Shown in pieces: positions 17,201 through 24,432 of a stretch of DNA of 64,000 bases (its first letter is position 1; each line of letters begins with the position of its first letter). The DNA lies in NCBI GenBank assembly GCA_038748685.1, contig JBCDIS010000018.1, positions 1 to 64,000 on the forward strand, written 5' to 3'. The position numbers and the translations under genes were made by a program. A model generated the notes under the pieces. The model ran no database searches. It had not been told where the DNA came from and saw only the letters and a program-made list of their open reading frames with translations. This DNA is from Acidobacteriota bacterium. Lineage in GTDB: Bacteria; Acidobacteriota; Thermoanaerobaculia; Multivoradales; J023.

Positions 17201-20024
17201 GATACACCTCCGGCGTCTCGGAGACGAGGAGCTGATCCCAATAGGCTTGGGTGTCCGCGAAGTCGGCGTCGTCGACGGTTTCGTAGAAGTCGGTGCCGGT
17301 GAGATGGAAGGCCATCTCGGTGTCGCCGGCGCGGTCTTTCCGCGGCACCATGGTGAGGTCGAAGGTCTGGGTATTGACGCTGAAGCGCTGACGACCCAGG
17401 CGCAGGACCTCGGCGCCCCCTTCGAAGATGTCGCGGCGATCCCGCAGGGCGCGGGCGGCATCTTCGCGGCAGCTCTTGAGGCGGGACTCCAGCTCGTCCG
17501 CCCGCACGCTGTCCCCCATGCCCCGCAGGTCCGTCGACAGGTCCCGCACCTTGGCCACCATGGCGTCGCCGACGAAGTAGGTGTTGAGGGCGTCGACGTC
17601 TGCGAGGGCGGAGGCGCGGCGGTGGATGCCGTCCAGAATCCGCTCGGCGGCCTGCATCATGCGGCCGGCGCGGCGCTGGCGCTCGTCCAGCAGGGCCTGC
17701 TTGCGGGTGGAGAACGCCTCGTAGACGTCCTCCCGCTTGGTCGCCAGCTGGTCCAGATAAGGGTCGTCCAGCTCGCCGAAGCGGCTTTCGAGATCCTCCA
17801 GCTGGAGCATGAGCTTCGACAGCTGTTCGTCGCAGGCTTCTGGGCTGTCGGCCAGGGCCAGGGCCCCCGACACGCTCTGGGACAGGAGCTGGAACTGGGC
17901 GCCGAACTCCGCCGTGCCCTCCCGCTGGGCGAGCTCCTTGCGCCGGGCCTGGACCAGGGCGCGTCCGCGGTTCAGGGCCGAGAGCACCTCGGAGATGTTC
18001 TCCAAAATGCCGGTGCGCTGGGTCGGATCGTCGATCTTGAGGCCGCCGACCACTTCGGTGAGCAGCTCCAGGCCGTCGCCGATGTCGTCCATTCCCTCCG
18101 CCAGGGGCCTGGCGTCGGCGGTCTTGGTGATGCCGTCGACCTTGGCCTCGAGGGCTCCGATCTCGTCGTGGTAGGGCTGTAGGGCTTCGGGGGCCAGCAG
18201 GAAGTCGACGGTTTGGGCGGAGAGGTCGTCGAAGGTGTCGACGATCCGGGTTTCGAGGGCGGCGACTCGATCGAGGTCGACGTAGCGCATCTCCCGCAGG
18301 GACATCAGCTTGCCCCGCCGGGTCCGCAGATCCGCCAGGGCGTGGACGTAGTGGTCGATGCGGTTGCGGGGCTCGGCCCGCAGGCGGTGGAAGAGCTCCT
18401 CGGCGGCCTCCTCGTTGCCGGCGACGGCTTCCTCCGCCTGGGCCTTCATCGCCTGGACCTTCTCGAACTCGCCGACGATCAGGTCCGCCGTCTCCCGCAG
18501 CTTGCCGAGGGGGTCCGCCAGATCGCCGACCCCGTCGTCGCCGAGCCAGTAGTAGGCGTCGGCCATGCGAACCGTGGAGGCGATGAGGTCTTCGTAGCCG
18601 GCGACGGTGGGGGCCTGCTCCGACACCGAGCGGCTCACCGAAAGGGCGTCGGAAATGCCCCGGACGAGCTCGGCGTTGCCCACCTTTTCGAGGAAGCTTC
18701 CGGTGGTGGGGGCCTTTGCGGCGTGTTCGTCGGACACGAAGGGGGTCTGCCAGACCTGCATCGGGTGGACGCGGGTCGGCTCCTCGGAGGTCGACCGAAA
18801 GATCACCATCTTTCCGTCTTCGAAGAGGGCCCAGCCGTGGCAGTGGATCGGATTCTGGACCTGTTTCCGAATCAGGTTGTAGTTGAGCAGGATGGTGCGG
18901 CCGTCGGTGCGCTCGTGGAAGGCGTACAGCACGTCCTCGCCGTTGGGGGAGCGCACGATCCGCAGCAGCTCCATGTCGTCCACGTCGCCGTCGAAGGATT
19001 TGGTGGTGCCGTCCTGGAGGTAGAAGCCCCCGGGGAAGATCAGGCCGTGGTCCTCCGGCAGCAGGTGGCACGCCTGGCCGATGGCGTCGATGCGATCCAC
19101 CGTCTGGGTCCGGGTGTTGAACACCAGGTGGCGCCACTGGGTCTCGTTGTAGGGCCGCACCTTGATGAGGATCAGGGTCCCGACTTCGGCGAAGAGGATT
19201 TCGGCGTCCGCCAGGCTCTGGTGGGGCTCGTCGACGTCTTCGCGGTAGATACCCAGGCCGTCTTCGGTGTTGTCCTCCACCTTCACCGTCAGGTCGCCGC
19301 CGACGGTCTCGACGAAGACCTTGTCGCGGATCGACACGTGGGGATGGCGCCCGAGGACGTGGTCGTCGCGGGTGGTGGGGGTCCACTCGAAGCCGTGGGA
19401 CGGCGGCAGCACGTGGTCCCGCTCGCCGCGGTTGTCGATGTAGGTAGCTTTGCCCTGGGGGTCCACGGCCCAGCGGAAGACCTTGACGTCATCCGCCGAC
19501 GCGCCGACCCGGAAGATCGCCAGCAGCTTGCCGTCGTCCAGAAGGCGGAGCTGGAGGAGTCGGGTGTCCTTGTAGTACTTGTAGAGTTCCTTGAACTCCC
19601 GCACGAAGCCTTTGTCGTGGAGGAAGTTCCGCGGGTCGTCGGCGGGGACGGCGTCGAAGGCGAAGTGCCCCGGGTCGCTCTCCCGGAACGTGTGGAGGCT
19701 GAAGACGTCGTCGACGTCGGTCTCGGTACGCAGGCCGAGGTAGACGTTGTAGCCGAACAGGAGCATGCCGCCGACGGTGCGGATGTCCCGCGGCACGCAG
19801 TTGTTCTCGGTGCGGATCCGCTCGTTGCCCGCCACCGTCATCTCCGCCCCGCCGAAGAGGTCGAGGCGCTCGCGGTTCAAGGCCTCGGCCCGTTCCCGCA
19901 GCGTTCCGGCGTGGTCGTCGAGGCGGGCGCGGAGGACCTCGTAGGTCCCCTGCTCCAGCTCGCCGGCGTCCGAGTGCTGGGATCGAGGGTCCGAGCCGTC
20001 CGGGCTCGTGGCTTCAGTGCTCAT
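14274..20024 (-). CDS. giant (1916 aa) multidomain protein with a dynein/MoxR-like AAA_5 ATPase module
   Basis: Single uninterrupted ORF with an ATG at 20024. An N-terminal 420-aa beta-rich domain of unknown function is followed by about 800 aa of helical/coiled-coil sequence. Then come a P-loop (LLLVSPPGYGKTTLMEYVANRLG, about aa 1320), Walker B (VLLCLDDIQHTHPE) and sensor region (RFAVCMAGNPYTESGEKFQIPDMLANRADTYNLG). A Pro-rich linker (PPKPPAPLPAEPLPPEPP) precedes a C-terminal domain. The long alternate-frame ORFs across it are P/R/G-rich artefacts. Confidence 0.8.
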   Translation of the reverse strand: MSTEATSPDGSDPRSQHSDAGELEQGTYEVLRARLDDHAGTLRERAEALNRERLDLFGGAEMTVAGNERIRTENNCVPRDIRTVGGMLLFGYNVYLGLRTETDVDDVFSLHTFRESDPGHFAFDAVPADDPRNFLHDKGFVREFKELYKYYKDTRLLQLRLLDDGKLLAIFRVGASADDVKVFRWAVDPQGKATYIDNRGERDHVLPPSHGFEWTPTTRDDHVLGRHPHVSIRDKVFVETVGGDLTVKVEDNTEDGLGIYREDVDEPHQSLADAEILFAEVGTLILIKVRPYNETQWRHLVFNTRTQTVDRIDAIGQACHLLPEDHGLIFPGGFYLQDGTTKSFDGDVDDMELLRIVRSPNGEDVLYAFHERTDGRTILLNYNLIRKQVQNPIHCHGWALFEDGKMVIFRSTSEEPTRVHPMQVWQTPFVSDEHAAKAPTTGSFLEKVGNAELVRGISDALSVSRSVSEQAPTVAGYEDLIASTVRMADAYYWLGDDGVGDLADPLGKLRETADLIVGEFEKVQAMKAQAEEAVAGNEEAAEELFHRLRAEPRNRIDHYVHALADLRTRRGKLMSLREMRYVDLDRVAALETRIVDTFDDLSAQTVDFLLAPEALQPYHDEIGALEAKVDGITKTADARPLAEGMDDIGDGLELLTEVVGGLKIDDPTQRTGILENISEVLSALNRGRALVQARRKELAQREGTAEFGAQFQLLSQSVSGALALADSPEACDEQLSKLMLQLEDLESRFGELDDPYLDQLATKREDVYEAFSTRKQALLDERQRRAGRMMQAAERILDGIHRRASALADVDALNTYFVGDAMVAKVRDLSTDLRGMGDSVRADELESRLKSCREDAARALRDRRDIFEGGAEVLRLGRQRFSVNTQTFDLTMVPRKDRAGDTEMAFHLTGTDFYETVDDADFADTQAYWDQLLVSETPEVYRAEFLAASMLFDAEQGRSGLSLEALREAALAPTDGDGGKAPPLLDGVRGYAAERYEEGYERGLHDHDAALILEQLLALYATAGLLRFAPRPRALACLFWGFFGDPPRRVTWERRARSLARLRDAFAHSPAIDGFVDELAVALGDFLEGLGIELPGEEARMAGAYLFEELSHNPPSFTTSAEAQQLRDAFLRHLDLHQNRRDFDEDLRELENHLDQRYHLALAWLRAFLDQSNDPALGGLAPSLEEAVVLLLTERRLERTVSSALSGRTIEGLLGQHPRVAGRTLELRLDEFLARLTAYRRERAPGFRRFQQLRHRLLEHERETLRLDEYRPKVMSAFVRNKLINDVYLPLIGDNLAKQMGTIGEGKRTDQMGLLLLVSPPGYGKTTLMEYVANRLGLVFVKVNGPALGHGVTSLDPAEAPNATARQEVEKIDCALEMGNNVLLCLDDIQHTHPELLQKFISLCDAQRRIEGVWRGRTRTYDLKGKRFAVCMAGNPYTESGEKFQIPDMLANRADTYNLGDILEGKGDVFALSYIENALTSNATLAPLTTREQEDVYELVRMAREGDMRADRLRHAYSPVELEQILTVLGKLNRIQEVVLTVNQQYILSAAQDDAFRTEPKFQLQGSYRNMNKMAEKVVAVMNEVELEALIDDHYNGEAQTLTSGAEANLLKLAELRGSLSESQRQRWGEIQRGFARVQAMGGAEDDPAVKLIGQLGLMSDRLSDIDRAIATAAEASQRDRDSPTEAPAPPLFGPELADALAPYVEHLKANLTTLAALQGTAGEISAGDEGEAATAEALVALLADRLDPFLERLGDLVAQVGRAAAIKAHPTEPAGPTSPHRASLPPKPPAPLPAEPLPPEPPSAEPAVQAPPIRVDFGPYLEKLDATLGAMAQAQGARVVQTLGAGVHDVLDDLAESVAGNLLPLVQALETHMKDVGMNDRRLTGRLDRALANLDRMKGLLTSLRKIDTSGLAAG

Positions 20025-20068
20025 GGCTGTCCCGTCTCATCAAGGTCACGTCATGGAGATTCGGAGGC

Positions 20069-20101
20069 GGGCAAATCCAAAATCGAATTTTGAATTTGCC
20101 C
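20069..20101. promoter_or_regulatory. AT-rich imperfect palindrome (GGGCAAAT-CCAAAATCGAATTTTGA-ATTTGCCC), a candidate operator between the divergent giant-ATPase and DUF4143 genes
   Basis: A 33-bp inverted repeat with perfect 8-bp outer arms and a near-palindromic AT-rich core. It is the only AT-rich island in this GC-rich 97-bp divergent intergenic region. Confidence 0.4.
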
Positions 20102-20121
20102 ATGCGTGCTATCTTGGGTCG

Positions 20122-21315
20122 ATGATCGAGCGCACCCTCCAGGAGCGACTTCTGAAGCTGGCGGCGGCCTTTCCCGTCGTCACCTTGACCGGCCCGCGTC
20201 AGTCTGGGAAGACCACCCTCTGTCGCCTCGCGTTCCCGGACAAGCCCTACATCACCCTGGAATCTCCGGCGGAGCGGCAGCGGGCCGCCGACGACCCGCT
20301 CGGGTTTCTGGGGGCTTTCCCAGACGGGGCGATCATCGACGAAGTCCAGAGGGTGCCTGAGCTTCCGTCCTACCTCCAGGGGATGGTGGACGAGGATCCG
20401 CGGCCCGGTCGCTTCATTCTGACGGGGTCCCAGAACTTCGGAATCTGGGAGAGCGTCACCCAATCCCTCGCCGGGCGGACGGCGCTCCTCGAACTGCTGC
20501 CCCTGAGCTTGGAAGAGCTTCGGCGGTTCGAAGATCCCCCGCAAAGCCTCTTCGAGACCGTGTGGAGCGGTGGCTACCCTCGGATCTTCGAACGAAACCT
20601 GCCGCCCTCGGACTGGCTCGAGAGCTATGTCGCGACCTACGTGGAGAGGGACGTTCGGCAACTCGTGAACGTCGGAGACCTGATCCAGTTCCAGACTTTC
20701 CTGAGGCTGTGCGCCGGCCGCACGGGCCAACTGCTCAACTATTCGAGCCTCGCGGCGGACGTGGGGATCAGTCAGCCCACCGCGAAGGCGTGGTTGTCGG
20801 TGCTCGAAGCCAGCTACCTGGTCTTCCGGCTGCCTCCCTTCCATCGCAACTTGGGGAAGCGCCTGGTCAAGTCGCCGAAGCTCTACTTCTACGACACCGG
20901 CGTCGCGTGCAGCCTGCTGGGAATCGAAACGCCGGCCCAGCTCGAGACCCACCCGCTCCGGGGCTCGATCTTCGAGTCGTGGGTGGTGGCGGAGGTCGCT
21001 AAACAGATCTTGCATCGGGGGCGCCGTCCTCGGCTTTCGTTCTATCGGGATCGCGGGGGTCTGGAAGTGGATCTCTTGGTCGAGGGTGGAGGGGAGCTGA
21101 CCGCGGTGGAGATCAAGTCGGGCCAAACCCCGACCAGCGGCTTTTTCACCGGGCTCAACCGATTCGCCGACATCGTCGAGCCGAGGTCGCAGACGCGCCT
21201 CGGGCGTCGGATCGCGGTGTACGGCGGAGCGGAGCCCCAAACCCGCTCCGGCGGACTGCTGCTCCCCTGGTCCCAGCTCGACCTGGCACCCTGGGCGGGT
21301 CCGCCGGCGGCCTGA
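20122..21315 (+). CDS. AAA-family ATPase with a DUF4143 C-terminal domain (AAA_14/DUF4143 type)
   Basis: P-loop VVTLTGPRQSGKTTLCR, Walker B AIIDEVQRVPEL, and a conserved C-terminal module. Start set at the ATG at 20122 (MIERTLQ); the longer ORF start at 20008 would overlap the divergent giant gene. Confidence 0.8.
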   Translation: MIERTLQERLLKLAAAFPVVTLTGPRQSGKTTLCRLAFPDKPYITLESPAERQRAADDPLGFLGAFPDGAIIDEVQRVPELPSYLQGMVDEDPRPGRFILTGSQNFGIWESVTQSLAGRTALLELLPLSLEELRRFEDPPQSLFETVWSGGYPRIFERNLPPSDWLESYVATYVERDVRQLVNVGDLIQFQTFLRLCAGRTGQLLNYSSLAADVGISQPTAKAWLSVLEASYLVFRLPPFHRNLGKRLVKSPKLYFYDTGVACSLLGIETPAQLETHPLRGSIFESWVVAEVAKQILHRGRRPRLSFYRDRGGLEVDLLVEGGGELTAVEIKSGQTPTSGFFTGLNRFADIVEPRSQTRLGRRIAVYGGAEPQTRSGGLLLPWSQLDLAPWAGPPAA

Positions 21316-21341
21316 GCCGGCGGCGTTGCCTCGTCGCCGGT

Positions 21342-23369
21342 TCACTCCTCGGCGTCCGCGCCCGTCAGGTCGCCGAGCTGGAGCCCTTCGATGCCGAGCT
21401 GCCTGGCGGCGTCGAGGAGCTGCCCGAGGCGCTGCTGCTGCTGGCCTCCGGAGCGGGTCATCAGGCCGCCGAGGAAGGTGGCGAGGGTCAGGTTGGCGAT
21501 GTCCCCCGAGTCCACCGCGGGGCGCGACAGAACGTCCTTGAGGTCCCCCAGGACCTGGCGGGCGCCGGGCTGGTCGAGGAAGCGTCCGGCGGCCTTGCCG
21601 AAGCCGACGGACTTGACCAGGCGATCGACGAAGACGTCGTCGCCGCCGACGATGTCGATGTTGGCGCTGCGCAGACCCTCGGACATGACCCGGGCCTGGG
21701 CCTCGGCGATTTCCCGGCCCACGTCGATGGAGCGCAGCTCGACCTCCTTCTCGACGTCGAGGCGGAGGCGGAACTCCTCGTGGTCGCGACTCTGCTCGTC
21801 GAGAACCTTCATCGACTCGGCCTTGGCCGCCAGGCCCTCGGCTTCGCCCTTCAGCTGCTCGCGGATGGCGTCGGCCTCCGCCAGACCCTTCTGGCGCAGC
21901 ACCTCGGCCTCGGCGAGGCCCTGCTTCTGGCTCGCCTGGGCGTCGGCCTCTTTGACCTCGGCGTCGACGAGGCCGTGCTTGCGGCTGGCGTCGGCGTCGG
22001 CTTCCTTGACCCGGACCTCCGCCAGGCCCACCTTTTCGATGGCCGCGGCGTCGGCCTCCTTGACCTGGACGTTGGCCAGGCCCTGGGCGGCGTGCTCGGC
22101 CTTGGTGCCCTCGGCGAGTCGGATCTTCGCCTGGGCGTGCTTGTCGGCGGCCTGGAGGTCGGCGTCGGCGATGGTGAGCTTCTCCTTGGCCTTGAACTTC
22201 GACGCCTGCTCGGCGGCCTCGGCGGCCTTGATGTCCTTGACCAGGGCCTGCTCCGCCTCCCCCTCCGCGACGATGATGGTGGATTCCTTGCCGCGCTTCG
22301 CCTCCTCCACCACCCGCAGCCGCTTGATGGCTTCCTCCTCCTCGGCGACGGTACGGTCGACGGCCACCCGCTCGCGGATCACATTGGCGATGTCCCGCTT
22401 CTCGTGTTCGACCTCTTTATCTTTGGCGATGGTCTGGAGGGTGACCTCCCGCTCGCGGGCGACGACCTCGATCTGGCGCTCCTTCTCGACCCGCTCGGTT
22501 TCCACCGCCACCACCCGCTCCCGGTTTTTGGCGGCGACGTCCACCTCCCGCTTGAGGTTTTCCTCCTGGATGGCGATCTGCTCGTCGGTCTTGAGGCGGG
22601 CCTGTTCGGCCCGCAGCCGCTCCTCCGCCTGGACCTTCAGGGTCTCCGCCTGCTCGCGGGCCTGGACGGTCTCGATCTCCCGCTTCTGACGCGACTCGGC
22701 GTCGGCCTGCTGGCGCTCCATCTCGAGGATCGCCTCCCGGGCCTCCACGTCCTGCTTCTTGATCTGCTTCTCTTCGTTGCGCCGGAACTCGTTGGTGCTG
22801 ATGTGCTCCGTCGCCGTCAGATCGGTGATCTTGCGGATACCCTGGGCGTCGAGGATGTTGTTGGGGTCGAGCTGATCGAGGGGCGTCTGCTCGAGGTAGT
22901 CGATGGCGCAGTCTTCGAGGCTGTAGCCGTTGAGGTCGGTGCCGATGACCTCGATGATCATGTCCCGGAACTCGTTGCGCTTGGTGTAGAGGTCCTCGAA
23001 ATCGAGCCGCTTACCGGCGGTCTTGAGGGCCTCGGAGAACTTGGCGTTGAACAGGTCATCGAGGGTCTCCTTGTTCGACGCCCGCTGGCAGCCGATGGTC
23101 TGGGCCACCTTGATGACGTCCTCCTGGGTGTTGCTGACCCGGACGAAAAAGGTGACCTTGATGTCGGCGCGGATGTTGTCGCGGCATATCAGGCCGTCGG
23201 CGCCTCGGCGGTCGATCTCGATGGTCTTCACCGAGATGTCCATCTCTTCGATCTTGTGGAAGAACGGGTAGACCAGCGCGCCGGTGAAGCTGACCCGCAC
23301 CGTGCCCCGCATGAAATGGCTGATGATGAGGGCTTTGCCCTGTTCGACTTTCCTGGGGTAGGGAATCAT
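21342..23369 (-). CDS. flotillin-family protein (SPFH/Band-7 domain, YqiK-like), long 675-aa form
   Basis: The N-terminal SPFH domain (ALIISHFMRGTVRVSFTGALVYPFFHKIEEMDISVKTIEIDRRGADGLICRDNIRADIKVTFFVRV) is followed by a very long E/A/K-rich coiled coil with repeated KEADA/AEA units. Confidence 0.85.
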   Translation of the reverse strand: MIPYPRKVEQGKALIISHFMRGTVRVSFTGALVYPFFHKIEEMDISVKTIEIDRRGADGLICRDNIRADIKVTFFVRVSNTQEDVIKVAQTIGCQRASNKETLDDLFNAKFSEALKTAGKRLDFEDLYTKRNEFRDMIIEVIGTDLNGYSLEDCAIDYLEQTPLDQLDPNNILDAQGIRKITDLTATEHISTNEFRRNEEKQIKKQDVEAREAILEMERQQADAESRQKREIETVQAREQAETLKVQAEERLRAEQARLKTDEQIAIQEENLKREVDVAAKNRERVVAVETERVEKERQIEVVAREREVTLQTIAKDKEVEHEKRDIANVIRERVAVDRTVAEEEEAIKRLRVVEEAKRGKESTIIVAEGEAEQALVKDIKAAEAAEQASKFKAKEKLTIADADLQAADKHAQAKIRLAEGTKAEHAAQGLANVQVKEADAAAIEKVGLAEVRVKEADADASRKHGLVDAEVKEADAQASQKQGLAEAEVLRQKGLAEADAIREQLKGEAEGLAAKAESMKVLDEQSRDHEEFRLRLDVEKEVELRSIDVGREIAEAQARVMSEGLRSANIDIVGGDDVFVDRLVKSVGFGKAAGRFLDQPGARQVLGDLKDVLSRPAVDSGDIANLTLATFLGGLMTRSGGQQQQRLGQLLDAARQLGIEGLQLGDLTGADAEE

Positions 23370-23430
23370 GTGTGCTCCTCGAAAAGCGTGAGGTGAAGAA
23401 CAGAAACGTTGAGCTTGGGCCGGCGCGGGT

Positions 23431-24150
23431 TCAGATGTCGTCCAAGGGCTCCACCAGGAAGACCTCCCTCGCGTCGTCGTAGTCGTAGATCAGGGCGCGG
23501 GTGCCGGCGGCCGCGGAGAACCCCTCGGCGTGGCGGACCTGGATCACACCCCCCGCCACTTCGGCCTGGCCGAAGGCGTCGTCGACGCGGCCGGTCTTGA
23601 TCAGGCAGGTCTGACCGACGAGGTCGTGGCGGTGGGGGCCGAAGCCGGCCATCAGCATCCGCCGGAGGGGTTGGATCGCCAGGGCCGTGGCGGCGACGGC
23701 GAGGACGAAGGTGCCGGCGGCGGCGGCCAGGGACAGCCAGAGGGCGCCGGTGGCGACGGCTTCGAAACCGGGCACGTACAGGGTGCCGAGGAGGCTGAAG
23801 GTCCAGGCGAAGACGATCATCAGGCTCCAGCTGATGGAGCGGGGCACGTCCCCGAAGCCGGCGTCGGCGAAGAAGCTGGAGCCTCCGTCGCCTCCACCGT
23901 CGACCTCCACGGCTCCCTCGATGCCCCCCAGGCCCTCGGCGGCGCCTTCCGACAGCCCTTCCGACAGCCCTTCCGACAGCCCTTCCGCGAGTCCCTCGGC
24001 GGCACCCTCGGTGGTCGCTTCTACGCCGTCCAGGATGTCGAGGTCGATGCCGGACAACAGGGCGATCGCCCAGTTGAGGATCACCAGCAGCATGGGCACG
24101 GTGAACACCACCGTCGGGAGGCTTGTGGCTGTTTCGAAGAAAGTCTGCAT
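23431..24150 (-). CDS. NfeD-like (YqiJ-family) membrane protein with a C-terminal OB-fold, the upstream partner of flotillin
   Basis: TM helices are followed by a C-terminal OB-fold segment (GQTCLIKTGRVDDAFGQAEVAGGVIQVRHAEG). An (EGLS)n repeat is encoded by tandem DNA repeats near 23950-24000. This is the classic yqiJ-yqiK arrangement. Confidence 0.7.
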   Translation of the reverse strand: MQTFFETATSLPTVVFTVPMLLVILNWAIALLSGIDLDILDGVEATTEGAAEGLAEGLSEGLSEGLSEGAAEGLGGIEGAVEVDGGGDGGSSFFADAGFGDVPRSISWSLMIVFAWTFSLLGTLYVPGFEAVATGALWLSLAAAAGTFVLAVAATALAIQPLRRMLMAGFGPHRHDLVGQTCLIKTGRVDDAFGQAEVAGGVIQVRHAEGFSAAAGTRALIYDYDDAREVFLVEPLDDI

Positions 24151-24432
24151 CGGCGGTCTCGAGCTGTCGGGACGAGGTACGAGCCCCGGGTCTCGGGTAT
24201 TCGAGCTTGCAGAGAACCGGGGCGGGCTTGGCGGTCCTGGTTACTTGAGGGACCCGAGATTTTACGCCAAGGGGGAGGTTCGTTTCATCGACCCGGGGCC
24301 ACCGCGTCGCCGCTGGACCTGGCCGGGCCGGAGAATTTCGACGAACGCTTATCCTCCCCGTCGGTTTTTCCCGCTTCCATGTCAAGGGCGACGATGCCGT
24401 CGCCCGGCCCGACCCGAAGGAAGGAGAAGCCC

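Noticed and set aside
16852-19386. 844-aa minus-strand ORF (and 497- and 626-aa plus-strand ORFs) inside the giant ATPase gene
   Set aside because: They are P/R/G-rich alternate frames of the same DNA. The 1916-aa frame alone has protein-like composition and ATPase motifs.
21780-23396. 538-aa plus-strand ORF and 432-aa ORF antisense to the flotillin gene
   Set aside because: They arise from the E/A/K coiled-coil repeat read in the reverse complement (poly L/G/D). There are no motifs, and they overlap a confident flotillin CDS.
23530-24432. 5' 301 codons of ORF 23530..26433
   Set aside because: This part is antisense to the nfeD gene and Gly/Glu/Asp-rich. The real gene starts at the ATG at 24433, which has an RBS and signal peptide.
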